Shown in pieces: positions 26,401 through 39,900 of a stretch of DNA of 64,000 nucleotides. A program made the translations under genes and the position numbers. This DNA is from Vicugna vicugna (taxonomy: Eukaryota): contig MU061538.1 in NCBI GenBank assembly GCA_013265495.1, positions 746,001 to 810,000 on the forward strand. The letters are read 5' to 3'. Position 1 is the first letter of the stretch; each line of letters starts with the position of its first letter. The notes beneath the pieces are model-generated. The model saw only the letters and a list, made by a program, of their open reading frames with translations, ran no database searches and had not been told where the DNA came from.

Positions 26401-27297
26401 CCGCCAGCCTCTCCTCTCACAGCCAAGGGAACACATCACAACAGACACAACACCCAACCCGGCGCCAGACCAGAGCGGCTCTCAAGGACGCCATCAGCTC
26501 CACTGGGGATCGCTGCCCTGGCTGCTTCGAGGTCCAAGGCAGGGAAGGCACAAGATGCACCGAGGGCACACACCAAGCAAGCAGAGATGCTAGCAAGAGG
26601 TACAGGCCTAGGCCTGGAAACCGAGGGAAGACCATGCGGCTGTGCCAGGGTGGAGGGGCAGGAGTACCTGACAGCTACGTGCCACGTGGGCTCCTGGACT
26701 GGTGTCTGGAGCAGGAAAAGAATGCCAGGGGAAAACTGGTGAGATGTGAATAAAGTCTGTAGTTAACAGGACCGTACCGATACTACTTACTTAGTTTTGA
26801 GAAACACAATTTAGTTACATGCATTATACTAATGACAGCTGGGTAAGAAGCAGGCCGGCAGACTCTTTACAACTGTTCTGTAAATACAAAATGGTTTCAA
26901 AATAAAGTTACCTTCACTTATTTTTTAAGTCAAAAAGAGGAGTACAGCCATGTCAAAAGGGTATCGGAACACCCCTGATGAAGCCCCACAGACCAGCGGG
27001 CACTCTGGGTGGCCATGCACCTTTTTCTTGCCCGTTTTACTGAAAACAACCCGCCACAGAGCGCGCTCGGTTAAGGGTACACACAGCACGCAGCAATCCC
27101 CGGTGAGCTTAGTGCCTATCACATCACAGACACAGAACAAGACAGAGGGCCTCTCCTTGCGATGAGGACCCAGGAGCTACCCTCCACTTTCACGTGTGAA
27201 CACACGGCGGCATCAGTCGCACTTCCCAGGACGCACACTGCTCCCAGCACTCGCTCATCTCGTAACTGGAGGGACCGACGGGCATGGCGCGCACATG

Positions 27298-27303
<6 letters not shown>

Positions 27304-27329
<26 letters not shown>

Positions 27330-27333
27330 CCAC
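27304..27333. repeat. (CAC)10 trinucleotide microsatellite in intron 1
   Basis: Ten perfect CAC units; produces spurious poly-H/P/W runs in the ORF track. Confidence 0.95.
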
Positions 27334-30300
27334 CGAGCGTTTACATCACCGCACTGTCTCTCCTGTGCAGACTGCCCCTGTACCCTGACAGCTGTTGAGC
27401 CAACACTCTTTTTACAGAATTCCAGCAGACAAATGCAGGAGAAATGTGAGCACTGGAAAACTCTCATCCTGAAACCCCGACTCTGCGGCTCTCAGAGCAC
27501 TGACGTGACTGGCAGCGTCCGCACCCTCGTTAAACAAAAAGGGCCTTGACAGAAATCACATAAGCCTTGCCGCAGAAAGCACCGCCACCGCGTAAGCACT
27601 AACCTGTCCCCACGGTCGCTGCTGAACCCACTCCCGGGAGCAGCCCGCAGTCTGGTGGCCCTGGGCTCCCCTCGCGAAGCTCGGCAGCGGGCCCCACAGA
27701 ACGGCCACGCCTGGTCTCCGCTCAGGGCCCACAGCGCAGCTCAGTGTCCCCTCCGTGCAGCTGTCTTCACACATTCAAGAGCTTTACTTCCTATTTACTC
27801 TCCAGGCCGGCACATCCTCACGTCTCTTTCAATTACTCCCCAAACCACCGCCCTGGCCTCGCCATGAGCAAGCCCCAAAACTGCAATCCCTGGGCACCCA
27901 GAGTCCAACACTGCATCGAGGACACACTCCCGCTGTCACAACAGAAGACTGTTCCCCACTTCCCTCCTGACTCCCAGGGAAGCCCAGAAGCCTCTGGTCA
28001 CTGTCCTCCCTGTCACTCCCTTGGTGCACCAGTGGCTCCTCAGACAGGTGGGGGGCACGGCCTGCCCCACAAAGTCCACCCTGGGTATCCTGGCCCACTG
28101 TCCTAACACATCAAAACCTTCTGGGTATCAATTACATCACCAACACATTCAGTCCCAGGAAAAAACAATGATGCGGTTTTGAGTGCATTTCACTATATAA
28201 ATTTAACATTTGTAACAATCATATGCTACTTCTGGGGCCAAGTCACCCAACTGTAGGAGACAGACGCGCACATACAATGAAATTTGTACGGTGTGCTGTG
28301 GAGAGGTTGTGGAGACAGCGCAGCAAAGAAGGCTTAAAGGAACACTCCATTCACTGAAGAACTGAAGGACAGGAAGCAGTCCCCTGAGCAGAGGGAAAAC
28401 CTCAGACAAAAGCACAGCTTATGCGCAGTAAACATGATACAAGCACACAGCTCACGTGAAACTCAAGAAGTCAGTGTGTCAAGAGATTTCAGTATGAGGT
28501 TTACTAGCAAGGGCTCAAGACAAAAAAACAGAAGAATTTCAGAACATGCTCCAAATTTAGGACTTTTCAACTCTAAGGGCTCTTAAACATCAGTGTAAAG
28601 TAAACGGGGGCGGATTTGAAAAGGTCACGTATGGTGCAAAGTAAGCAGAGTTCCAAAGGAAGAGAGAGATGATGGGGTTGGGGGAGATCCGTTAACAAAA
28701 CATTCTGGAGAGATGCATGTCCGAATCAGAGCCACGACAGCAGAGACGGAGGACAGAGCAGAAGAGCGAGGAGATGCTCTGACAGCTGTTGAGGGTCACT
28801 CTCTAAAGCAATGAAATGTCACTGAAAAGGTTCCATGCACAGCCACAACTGTTGTATGAAAAATGTCAAAAGACTTCCTTCTATTTCCATTGAAAACACA
28901 ACAATTTTAAAAAGCTTTTCAATCCGCGTAATTACATCATCCCGCTCAGTTTAGTACTAATGACGGCTCTACCAGGTAAGAAGGAGCTGAGCCGGGGGCT
29001 CCCGCACTGGGCCTTCTGATTAAGCACAAACCCTCGTCACAAGCACAGCTGTGGGGACCGGGGCAGCCAGAGGAATTCAGGCCACTGCCCAAGGTTCCAG
29101 TAAACTCAAAGCCCACAGTCTGCCTGCAGAGCTCCCACCACCGGGGCCAAACTGCACTGCCAACTCAGCTCACCAGGACAAGCGAGCCCAGGGCCGAGGG
29201 CTTCACACGAGCACACTCTTCACATCAACACCATCTCTTCAGTGTTTAACAAGTGCCAGCCAGGTTACCAACTCTGAAGACAAATTCAGATAAAAATGTG
29301 CTCCACACAGACAATAACATGAGAATACCCCAAGGTCTAGAAATGGAGATCCAAGTAAGGTGCTGAAGACCTCAGACCTGAGATCTGAAAAGCTGGCCTG
29401 AGTACTGCTACTGCAGCTGCCACCCGCAGCGGGAGCCACAGGTCAATTCACTTCCCGCTGCTTCGGAGTAATCCGGCACAAAAGAAACAATTTAAAATTT
29501 GACAAAATCCAAGAAAGGTTAATTGCGTTCACATTACTTCTGATTAGCCCCAGAGTTTTACACAAAAAGCCACTTACACATTTGTATCAGCAATTTCCCT
29601 ACAGAAGTCAGTATTTCTAAATATTAACAGCATTATTTTAAAAAACTGATAAACTTATACACTAATACAAAAAAGAAAAAAAATGTATACATTAAATGCC
29701 CAATATTTAATATACATTAGATGAGATGAAAAAAGGACCCTCAAAACCTAGAAACACTACCCAGCTCCAAAACAATTTTAAGTAAACCGCTTAACCAACA
29801 GGTAACAGGCTAGCATACAAATACTATTTCACACAGAGACTATTTCCCATTGACACAAACCTTCGTTTAGCTTCAATCTTTCTAACACCATCTTTCTAAA
29901 GCACCGAATATATATGCCTTTATTTTCAGAAGGATGCCGTCCATGGCACTAAGACACTTCCCACGGCCTTCCCACGACGGTCGGCACTGGGGTCCACGCC
30001 AGGAGCTGGTCTCCTGACCTGCCTTTCCTCTCATCTCCCTCGTTCGGGGATCAGAGGAGGACAGGGAATGCCAGGAAAATACAGGCCCTCAGAGGGACTG
30101 AGCTCCCCCGGCGCCCGCCTTCCTTGGGTCAAGGGCAACAAGCTCCCTGCTCACTGCCCCAGCCCACTGCCCACACCCGGAAGCCAGTGCACGCCCCTCA
30201 GCGCTGGGGGCAGCGCAGGGCCCTGCGGGAAGAACAGGCAGAGCAACGTGCCCACCAGGACTTCAGCAGGTGGGAACGCAGTCAGCAAGCACCGCCTCAC

Positions 30301-30926
30301 ACCGCACTGCCCAAAAACGAATCCGCCAGCCAGATCAGCCACTTAAACTTCAAGTCGTTAAAACCAAATACTATTTGAGAACGCATTCCCTCTGGCACAG
30401 GAGCCGCACTTCCAAGGATCAGCAGCCAGAGTGGCTACTGGCGTCCGTCCTGGAAAGCACAGGTAGAGGGCACAGTCCTCAGTCGGGGCCAGTGGGAAGC
30501 ATCCTAACAGAAGTCACCTCGGACTCCGGGTTAGGAGCGGAGCGGTGCTCTTAGACTGCACTCATCATCTTTCCTGTAACTTCCCACGGACACCACCTAC
30601 TGTGTGTTAAGAAAGCTATAGGAAATCAGTGCTTTTATTCTGAATTAAGGGAAAAAAGCTTCTTAGGACAACTAATTTGTTAATCTATGCAGTTTCCAAC
30701 AAAATAGGCCTAATCAAGTGAAAAAGATTTAACTCGCCCTCTTCAGTAAAGCCACTGTCTACCCTAGTAACTATTAACCCAAAATAACTGCCTCCTCCAA
30801 TAAATCTAACCCCCTTCATGTTAGGACTTTGAGAAAGCATGTCACATCCAAGTCCAGCAGTATCCACTCATCTGAGTACCACCTCAGTGGAAAAGTGTAC
30901 GTGCACGCATATTTATAAATTATGTC

Positions 30927-33143
30927 CAGATGCCTCAGAGATGTCGTGTGTGCAGTTCCAGACCATCACGGTGAAGCCAGTGAAGTGGGTCACACACTTT
31001 TAGGGGCTTCCCAGTGCATAGATATTTTACACTGCAATCTGTTAGGTATGCAATAGCACTATGTCTAACAAAACAATATGCATACCTTAATTTAAAAACA
31101 ATTTATTGTTTGAAAAAACAAAAAGGTAAAATAACCATCATCTAAGCTTTAGCATCTTTCCGCTGGTGGAGGGTCTTGCCTCGATGCTGATGGCTGACAA
31201 CTGCTCAGGGTGGTGGTTGCACGGCTGTGGCAATTTCTTAAAATAAGGTGATGAAGTTTGCTTCATTGGCTGACTTCCTTTCACAGAAGATTCCCTGTAG
31301 CAGGCAGTGCTGTGTGATGTTTTACCCACAGGGGAACCTCTTTCAAAACTGGACTCAATCCTCTCAGACTCTGCCCTGTCAGCTAAGGTTCTGTCACACT
31401 CTAAACGCTTTGTTGTCATCGGGACACCGTCACAGCGCCTTCACCAGGAGAGGATTCCGTCTCAGGAAACCACCTGCTCTGCTCACCCTTTTCCGTGGAC
31501 ATTTACCATGAGGCTGCAGCAGTTCAGCCCCAGCTTCAGGCCCCACGTCTAATCCCAGTTCTCCTGCTGTTTCCACCACGTCCTTCCTGCACTAAAGTCT
31601 TGAACCCCCCAAAATCATCCATGAGGGTTAGAGTCAACTTTTTCTGAATTCCTATTAATGTTGATGTTTTGATCTCTTGCCAAGAACAGTAACTGTTCTT
31701 TGATGAATTTATGATGGTGAATCCCTTTCAGAGGGTTTGCAGCTGACTTTTCCCAGATCCATCAGAGGAATCAGTCTACAGCAGCTACAGCCTTATGAAT
31801 GCATTTGTTTAACACATGCAAATTCAAAGTACTCCCTGATCCGTGGGCTGCAGAGTGGACGCTGTTACAGGCATGAAAACAACATGACTCTCACTGTCCG
31901 TCTCCACAAGAGCTCTTGGGTCACCAGGTGCGTTGTCTAAGAGTGATATTCTGAACACAATCTTTATCTCTGAGTAGGTCTCAAAAGCAGGCTTAAAATA
32001 TTCAGTAACCACGCTGTAAACGGGTGTGCTGCCACTCAGGCTTTGTTCCGTTTACAGAGCGCCAGCAGAGTAGATTTAGCATCATTCTTAAGGGCCCTGG
32101 GGTTTCTGAAATGGCACATGAGCACTGGCTTCAACAGAAGTCACCAGCTGCATTCCAGAAGCAGCCTGTTCTTTGCAGCCAGGCGCTGACTTCTCTCTGC
32201 CGTCCTAGCCGGCACCGCCCTCAGTGTAGCGTCGCCTCACCACAAAGCCGCAGCTCAGTGCGGGCCCACATCAGCCCAGCTGGACCTTCTGGAGGAGCTT
32301 GCCGGCCTGCACCTCCTGCTTCACCTGCACTTTTATTTTATGAAGACGATTCTCTCCTCAAACCTCATGGACCAACCTCTGCTGGCTCCAAACTGTTGTG
32401 GGCTGTCTCACCTCTCCCAGCTTTCACAGAACTGAGCAGGGTCACTAGCACCGTGCGCTGGGTGAGGGCTTGGTTAAGGGAATGCTGTGGCTAGTCTGAT
32501 CTTCTCTCCAGACACTGAAGCTTTCTCCCTAACAGCAGTAAGCCTATTTCACTTTCTTACCACTGGTGGGCTCACTGGAGGCGCACTTTTAATTCCCTCG
32601 AGAACTTCTCTGCGTTCACAACTTGGCTGTCTGGCACTAGAGGCCTAGCTCCCCACCTATCGCAGCTCCTGACAGGCCTCCCTTTCTGGCTTCTGATTTA
32701 AAGTGAGAGATATGCAACTCTTCCTTTCACTTGAGCAGAGCCCACTAAGGAGTAACTAACTGGTCTAATTCAATATTGCTGTGTCTCAGAGAATATCGGG
32801 AGGTCGGACGTGGCAGGGAGAGACAGCCCCCTCAGTGGCACAGTCAGAACACACAACATTTATTAATCAAGCTCGCTTTCTTAGATGGGCGTGGTTCGTG
32901 AGCCGCAAAACAATTACAACAATAACATCGAAGATCACCGATCACCATAACAAAGTAATTCAAAATACCTCAAAAATTACCAAAGTGTGACAGTGACACA
33001 ATGTGAGCAAATGCTGTTGGGAAAACGGGGCCAACAGACTGGACAGAGAGGCAGGGTTGACACAAACCTTCAGTTTGTTTTAAAAAACAAGGCAGAATCT
33101 GAGAAGTGCAATTAAAGCAAAGCACTACAATGAGGTCTGCCTG
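30927..33143 (-). mobile_element. Near full-length Tigger1 DNA transposon with decayed pogo-type transposase
   Basis: Termini cagatgcctcagagat... and ...atgaggtctgcctg; minus-strand fragments LLDNAPGDPRAL...VVFMPVTASTLQPTDQGV (DDE domain) and IESSFERGSPVGK...ACYRE...YFKKLPQP (Tigger1 transposase C-terminus). Confidence 0.92.
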
Positions 33144-33391
33144 CACCTGCCCTACTACCGTGTACGTTAAAGCCAGAAATAAAGTTACAAACGAGGAAAT
33201 GAAGAACATTGTACTTACCAATTATGATGGCTTCACACCATCATCAGCTCATCTCGAGGGACACAGTCAGGAGGAGAGACCACCAGAAGGCCCTGACAGT
33301 GCCCCCTTCCCCCTGGCAGGTGGGGGTTCCGTGCAGAATCTCCCCCGATGCCCAGCCCCTGCAGTCTTTTACCCCTAGACTGGTTTACAAA

Positions 33392-33690
33392 TACAGGTAT
33401 CCCTTGCTTTTCCAGAGTCCAAAGTTCCCTTAACACGTCACTTTTAAGAAAGACCCACATTAGTACCTGTTTTCACTAACCAAAAGAAATACAAAGAGGA
33501 TTTTCAATTTCACAGGAAAAAAAAAAAGCAAAAAGTGAAAATCTCATCCAACGTGTTCTGCAGCGAGCGCTACAAAGGAAGCAGCGCCCAGAGCAGCGGG
33601 AGGGGCCCCGCCAAGCCCCTTCCTTCCCGGGACCACCCACGGCATCTCAGCGCCCAGTCCCACAGCTGGGACTGTGTCTTGAGTTTCACC
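33392..33690. mobile_element. Probable artiodactyl Tigger-family DNA transposon fragment
   Basis: tacaggtatcccttgctttt...gaaagacccacattagtacctgttttcactaaccaaaagaaat...gaggattttc resembles recalled artiodactyl Tigger elements; subfamily not resolved. Confidence 0.45.
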
Positions 33691-33789
33691 TCTAGGAGTG
33701 CTACCAATTCCCCGGAGTGAATACTGGAGGAAAAAAAACGTTCTGGTGCTTCAGTCAAGGGGAGGGGGAAAGGAACATAACTGAGGAAT

Positions 33790-34790
33790 CTGATAGGACA
33801 ATAAAAACCTCAAAAACTGAAAAACAAAGAGACTAAAACAAAAATAAAACACCCAAAAACTGTGGGACACACATAAGGAGGCCACCAGGAGAAGGGAACA
33901 GGAGCAATGTTTTCAAGCACGAATCAGTCCTGAAGCAATGACAGAATTTCCCTCAAATTCACATCAGACACCAAACCACACATCCAGGAAGACCAGAGAC
34001 CACCACACAGGATAAATTAAAAAAAACCAAGCCTACGCTTATTATATACAAACTTCAGAAAAATCCAAGACCAAAACATCCTGGAAGAAGCCAGACAAGA
34101 AAAACCCCTCCCCTATGCTAGCAGAGCGGAGTGGGGGGGAAAAGAAAAAAAGAAAAAGAAGCAGAATGGAAGGTCTCAAGTGCTGAGAAGGGGGCGGCGG
34201 GGCACCAACCTAGAACCCTGTAGCTGCAAAGTTATCCTTCAGAAGTGAATAGAGATGTGCTCTGGCAAAGAAAAAGAGGAATGTGTTGGCATCACGTCTG
34301 TCCTGTTAGAAATATTAAAAGTTCTTCAGAGAGAAGGAAGACGATACAGATCAGAAACGCAGATCTACATAAAGAGCATTAGACAAGAAACAAGTAGATG
34401 TAAGACAGACACTTACTTTTCTTAGGTTTAGTTGATCTAAGAGATAAGAGTGTATTCGAACAAGAGCAGCGATGTGCTCGGCTGTGCAGGCTTCTGTGCA
34501 CACCTGAGCCCATGTGCAGGTAGGTGCAGTCAAAGAGGCCGACACAAGGGCGGGGAAGGGAGACTTAGGAAAGTGTGGTGGGCCAGTGCCCAACTACCTC
34601 CAGAGCCACGCAGCACTCATGACTGTGTACTGCAAACTCTAGGGCAACCATTTTAAGTTTTAAAAACATACATTCAGAAAGAAGAGAAAATGAAAGTATG
34701 CAAAATGTTCCATTTAAATCACAAAAGGCAGAAACAGTGTGGAAGACCAAAGCATCAACAAACAATAACAATCACTTTAAACATCAATGG
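33790..34790 (+). mobile_element. Ancient L1M ORF1-region remnant
   Basis: A-rich decayed ORF1 motifs: cagacaccaaaccacacatccaggaagaccagagaccacc...aggataaat and accaacctagaaccctgtagctgcaaagttatccttcagaagtgaa. Confidence 0.6.
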
Positions 34791-36009
34791 TCTATACACC
34801 ACCCCCACACCTCCCTACCAGAACTGCTCCCAGAAGCTGCACCTCTTGGCCCTTCACACAGGCAGGACCTGCTCACCCTTCTTCAGTGAAACTGTGAGTG
34901 GAACTGGGGCCATTTAAATTACTAGCTTTTTCTTAACTTTTGGTAGAGCATGCAAAGTGGAAATTGGCAAATAATGAATCCATGTGAAATCAGAAAATAC
35001 AAGGATGATCACGGGACATGATGAACGTCCAGCTGCACTACTGTAGTAATCACACCGCAACATGCAGATGTGTAGAACTAACACGCTGTACACCTCCAAC
35101 TTCCATGTCAATCACACATCAGTAAAAAATTTTTTTAAATCCAGGATAAATTATCAAAATCAAAAATCTATGTACCAGGACAAAAAAACTGACAGTGGAG
35201 ATACCAACAGTGGAACAGTCAGCTGGCAAGTCGACACGAGGCCTTCCCCTGAGTGGCTGAGAACTGGCAGGGCCGCTTTGGAAAAAATATTTACCGTCCA
35301 CAATTTCCCATTTTAAAATGAAAAACACCCTGCAGGGCGGAGGGCATGGTGAACACGTGTGGTATTTGAATGCTTCCGTGTCAAGCACTGGTCTAAGCAG
35401 TAGGCAGACACTACTGCAGCCTAACCCAAGGCCAAGTACGGGTCTGGGTCAAACACCACAGCGGGGAGCTAGGAGTCAAGATCACCCCTAGGTGCTCCAG
35501 TGACAGCTGCCGTCTTCATCAATGCTCTGTGTGACAGGAACCATCTCTCTAGGCAAGATGTAGAAATTTCTGCATCAAAAAATTTATGCAGCTGAAAAAA
35601 AAAAAAAGACTGCGTAACTGTCTTCCACAGAGGTTACCAACTGCCATCCTAGCCAGTGTTCTCGGCCTCACGTTGGGCCTGAGCCTCAGCCCTCAGAAAC
35701 AATTACTAACCTGTTCCATTTTTCCAATCAGTTAGGTGAAGCCTATCTGACTGCTCTGCACTCATGGAGCTGAGCGTCTCCCCCAGCTCAGAGCTCTCTG
35801 TAAGTGCTCCCTGAGTCTACATCCTTTGCCCATTTCTCCACTTAATTGTGGGCCTCTTAACTTTTCTAACCACATCTGACAAAGGCTTACTGGGATCACT
35901 GGAAGTCAAGTCTCGACCACGTCTCCTAATAACTCCTTCAACATGGGGATGTCCAAGGGTGTTGTCCACTGCTAAGCTGGAAGAAAGCCGCACGTCAACA
36001 GTGCTTCTT

Positions 36010-36158
36010 GGGGGCGGTCTAGCTCAAATGGGGACGGTCTAGCTCAGTGGTAGAGCGCGAGCTTAGCATGCATGAGGTCCTGGGTTCAATCCCCGGTACC
36101 TCCATTTAAAAAAAAAAAGTAAATAAACCTAATTCCCCACCCCCTCAAGCGTAAAAAA
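36010..36158 (+). mobile_element. tRNA-Ala-derived SINE (Vic-1-like) with duplicated 5' head and TSD
   Basis: Intact A box TAGCTCAGTGG and B box GGTTCAATCC; tail AAATAAACCTAATTCCCCACCCCC; flanking AGTGCTTCT repeats at ~36000 and ~36161. Confidence 0.9.
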
Positions 36159-38429
36159 ATAGTGCTTCTACCAACACGGGACACTGAATGGTGTTGAGAA
36201 GTGAAGCGAAGTAAGGGCTGCGGAGAAAGGAGCACGTACAGACACCAGAGAGACGGGCACGCAGTGTGCATGGAGAAGGGGAAAAAGGTATGCGCCTAGA
36301 TGAGGATTCCTGGCTCCATTCCAAAAGACGCCATCTCACCCAGCAGCATGGCAGCCTGCGAACCTGCATTTCACACAATACCTCAGGTGACTGACACAAA
36401 CATCCACCCAGAATGTGAGCCTGACACTGCAGTCCACTTACCAAGATGAGCCATGAGAACCCAGGCACAGCAGCAAAATGCGAAAAAGGTACTGCACACA
36501 CAGTACACGCCCGTGTTACACACTCTGACCCCGGCCTCCCACCAGGCAGATGCCCGCATCGCTGCATGCACCCAGGCGACCAACTAGCTTCTCTCTGGAA
36601 AGATGAATTCCCGCTTGTCTGAACTCACATTTCTGCAGTCCCTCCAGCACAGAAACAAGCCCTGTGATCTGGAGCTTCGTTCACCTGAGGGCTAGTGCTG
36701 CTGGAGTCCTCACAATACAGATCCCCTCTGCCTCCAAAAGGCCGTCCCTGCTCCCTATTCTCTAGACCAGCAACCAGCTCCCATTTCCACCCCTACGAAT
36801 CCAATCCTGCCCATCCAAGACTCTCACTTCCTCCAGATCTTACAAGTACAAGAAAGAGCAGAGGGTATACACACACAGGACCCAAGATGCTTCTTCTGGG
36901 TGGGAGTTCAAACACCCATTTCGCTACTGGTGTGCACACTTTAAGCAACACCCAAAACCAAGTTCTGGCTGCCAAAGCTAAATCAGCTAGCATCTGTTAC
37001 AATTACGGTACAGGTGAATTAAACCATTATTAAGTGCATTTGTAAGTTTTACTTTATTACTAGACAGTTCTTGAAAGTAAAGTCTGGGTAAAAATCTAAG
37101 ATTTCCCTTCTATTAAAAGGAGGAAAAAGTGCATCATGAACATCTACACCTGTGTATCACTGGAAAAGTACTAGAAACACACTTGACAGGTTCCTACACC
37201 CCTTTGTTACCTTCAAAAATTCACTTCATTCGCTTTACTTTCCTTGACCTATCTCACCACTCCAAGTTCTTCTGAATTCATGGGTAGTAAATACAATACA
37301 GCCCCCTTGAATCACCTGCATGCAGCCCAGGATGCAGCAGACAAAAGATCTAGCTACAAAGATAACACTCTCCAAAACAAAAATGTAAGTTAAACTTAAA
37401 AGATTCACAGACACCATTAAAACAGTACAAATTTAACTTAACCCACTCCCCCTACAAAAAAAGAAAGCAGAAGACAGAAGCGATCCCTGTGGGACAGGCA
37501 AAGATGAGGTCCATCCCAAGGAAACAGCAGGGCCAGAGTCATCTCCCAAGACCTCAATCGCCTACATATAAGGCGCATGTCCCTCCTCCTTCCATGCATT
37601 CTCACCCAGAAAACTGCACCTCCTGACACCTCAGACTCTGAAAAATACATCCAAGTTTTGGCTATTTGAGGTGCTCTGTGGTGAGCTAGTTCTAAAAGGC
37701 CAAGTTTTTTTTTGAATAGCTTAGCCGATCCCTTTGAATTATACAATTTTGGTTTTAATGATTTCTAAAGGAGAATTTCCAAGTCATTACATATGGCCCA
37801 TCTTCTTAACAACACTTAAAAAAAAGTGTACGCGCCCCACGTGACTGTTACAAATATATCACCCTCCTCGCCTCCACAAGATCATCCCTGAGTCAGGTTA
37901 CTCAAGCTCGCTGCGTGGCACAGACCCCTGCATTCCGAGGCCTTCTGCTAGCTCTGTCCCAAATCTTGGCCATCCACACATAGAAGGTGTGTAACTGGGC
38001 TTAAGTGATCATTTTTCCACCCACGAGACCTTTCTCAAATCTCTCTCCATCTAACCCTAAGAAACCCTGCTCTGCTTGCTATAAAAGTTGCTCCTTTGTT
38101 CCTTTCCAGTCCAAGAGACTGGATGTTGAAACTGGAGCTGAAGGGAGGAAAATTACCTTCCTCCTTCCAGAAAGCCTTTCATTACTATTCACCCATAGAC
38201 TGCTACTACCCATTATACGCTGTTTTACACAATGCAGTTTGTCCACTGAACACATTCCTTACCTTTAGCTTAAAAACCAGCAAATAAACTCATTACATCT
38301 ACTAACTTGGAAAAGGAGAAATTTTAAAGGGAATAGTCTCTCTAAAGGTTAAATTCATGTCATGACATGAAACTGATTTTGTGCATTACCTACCTAATGG
38401 AATGAAAGCAGGCAAATATAAAAGGAAAT

Positions 38430-38580
38430 GGTAGATCTTGTGGTAGCTCACAGCGAAAGAAAAATGTGACAATGAATATATGTATGTTCGTGTATAACTG
38501 AAAAATTGAGCTCTACACTGAAATATGAAACATTGAAAAATGACTATAACTCAAGAAAAAAAAATAAATATAAATAAATA
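38430..38580 (+). mobile_element. Short L1 3' tail insertion
   Basis: gatcttgtggtagctcacagcgaaag...gtataactgaaaaattg...gactataactcaa plus A-rich tail. Confidence 0.65.
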
Positions 38581-39704
38581 AGTAAATAGTAAATCTGGAC
38601 AAGTATCCTACGTATCATGTCATTATCTGAAGGATTCCTAGCACACACATAGGTAAGAGGAAGACAGAAATCAATCAATATTCCTTATTACAGATCATCT
38701 GCTTACATATTTTGTTCTTACCTGATATGCCCTGAAGTATTACTGAAACAAAGAAGTTATTTCCTCTATAATTCAAGATCCAAGACCATTCTTTCAACTA
38801 GCAATCATCACCTATTAGACACCTACAGGCATGACTAACCTCGTTCCATTAAAATAAACTATAATCCATGGCAGGTACTCAGCCTCGGTTATAACACCTG
38901 GCAGGTACTCAGCCCAGGTACTTGTAAACTGAATTTGTAGATGCACTTTTCCCCCAACTTTCCTGAACTCTGGATTCCATTAGTAACTTCGGAAGGGTAA
39001 TGGGGGAACAGACAAACCAGGAAAAGGGATCCAATTCAACCAGTATTTTCTGAGCACTCAGGTGCAAGACAATGCTCTGGCCGTGAAGGAACACAGACGT
39101 TCAAATTCCAAGCCTGCCTGAGGGAGTGCACAGGAGGCCCAGGTGTGCCACCTCACACATCCAGCAAACTCTCAGCGCCTTGCTGACAAAGGCAGGACGA
39201 GAATTTTAAAGGGCACAAAATCACCTGCTGCCTGAGGAAGTCGCCCTTCCAAAGACAACTGACCCTTGTAACTGAGTTTAAGAATCCTAAACTACTTGGA
39301 GTATTCTGACATACAAATAGTTCTACTTCCTCACAGCCATCTGCAATGGTTGCTGCTTTTTATTTAGAATGATCAAAAAATCCTTACAAATTTTAGAAAG
39401 GGTAACAATTTTAAGAGAAACCTGAGCTATGCCTAAATAAGGTACAGCTTTTGAAATGACGTGAAAGATGTAACTTAGATCCTCTCTGCTGTGACACGCT
39501 CTGCAACCCTCACAGATGTGTCTGCTTTCACTGTTTTTTCAGAAAGCATTTCCCCCACCTTAAAAACAGACTGTTTTTTAAATTTACTTTTCTTTTTTCG
39601 GTTCAGAAGCAAAGTTTTATTCTTTGTTCAAGCAGGGAGGCGCTCACTCCCGCTCCAGAGCGGCCTCCAAAATTTACTTCTTTCTTAAGTAGAATCAAAA
39701 CAAA

Positions 39705-39900
39705 AGCAAAACAAGTTTATACTGTATAGCACAGGGACCTATATTCAGAATCTTGTAGTATCTTATGGTGAAAGAATATGAAAACGAATAAACGTATGTT
39801 CCTACATGACTATGCCGTATACCAGAAATCTACACATTATAAACTGACTATACTTCAATAAAAAATACTAAAACAAAACAAAACAAAAAAACTAAAAACA
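39705..39900 (+). mobile_element. Short L1 3' tail insertion
   Basis: aacaagtttatactgtatagcacagggacctatattcagaatcttgtag...aaactgactatacttcaataaaaa followed by (AAAAC)n. Confidence 0.75.

Noticed and set aside
27162..27549. Poly-His, poly-Pro and poly-Trp ORFs
   Set aside because: Artefacts of the (CAC)10 microsatellite.
36030..36104. tRNA-Ala(AGC)-like gene
   Set aside because: Anticodon stem is mismatched (CGAGC/GCATG), and the SINE tail, TSD and many similar copies in the window identify it as a SINE.
38869..38914. 16-bp direct repeat TGGCAGGTACTCAGCC with a short spacer (CRISPR-like look)
   Set aside because: Only two copies in mammalian intronic DNA; an ordinary local duplication.
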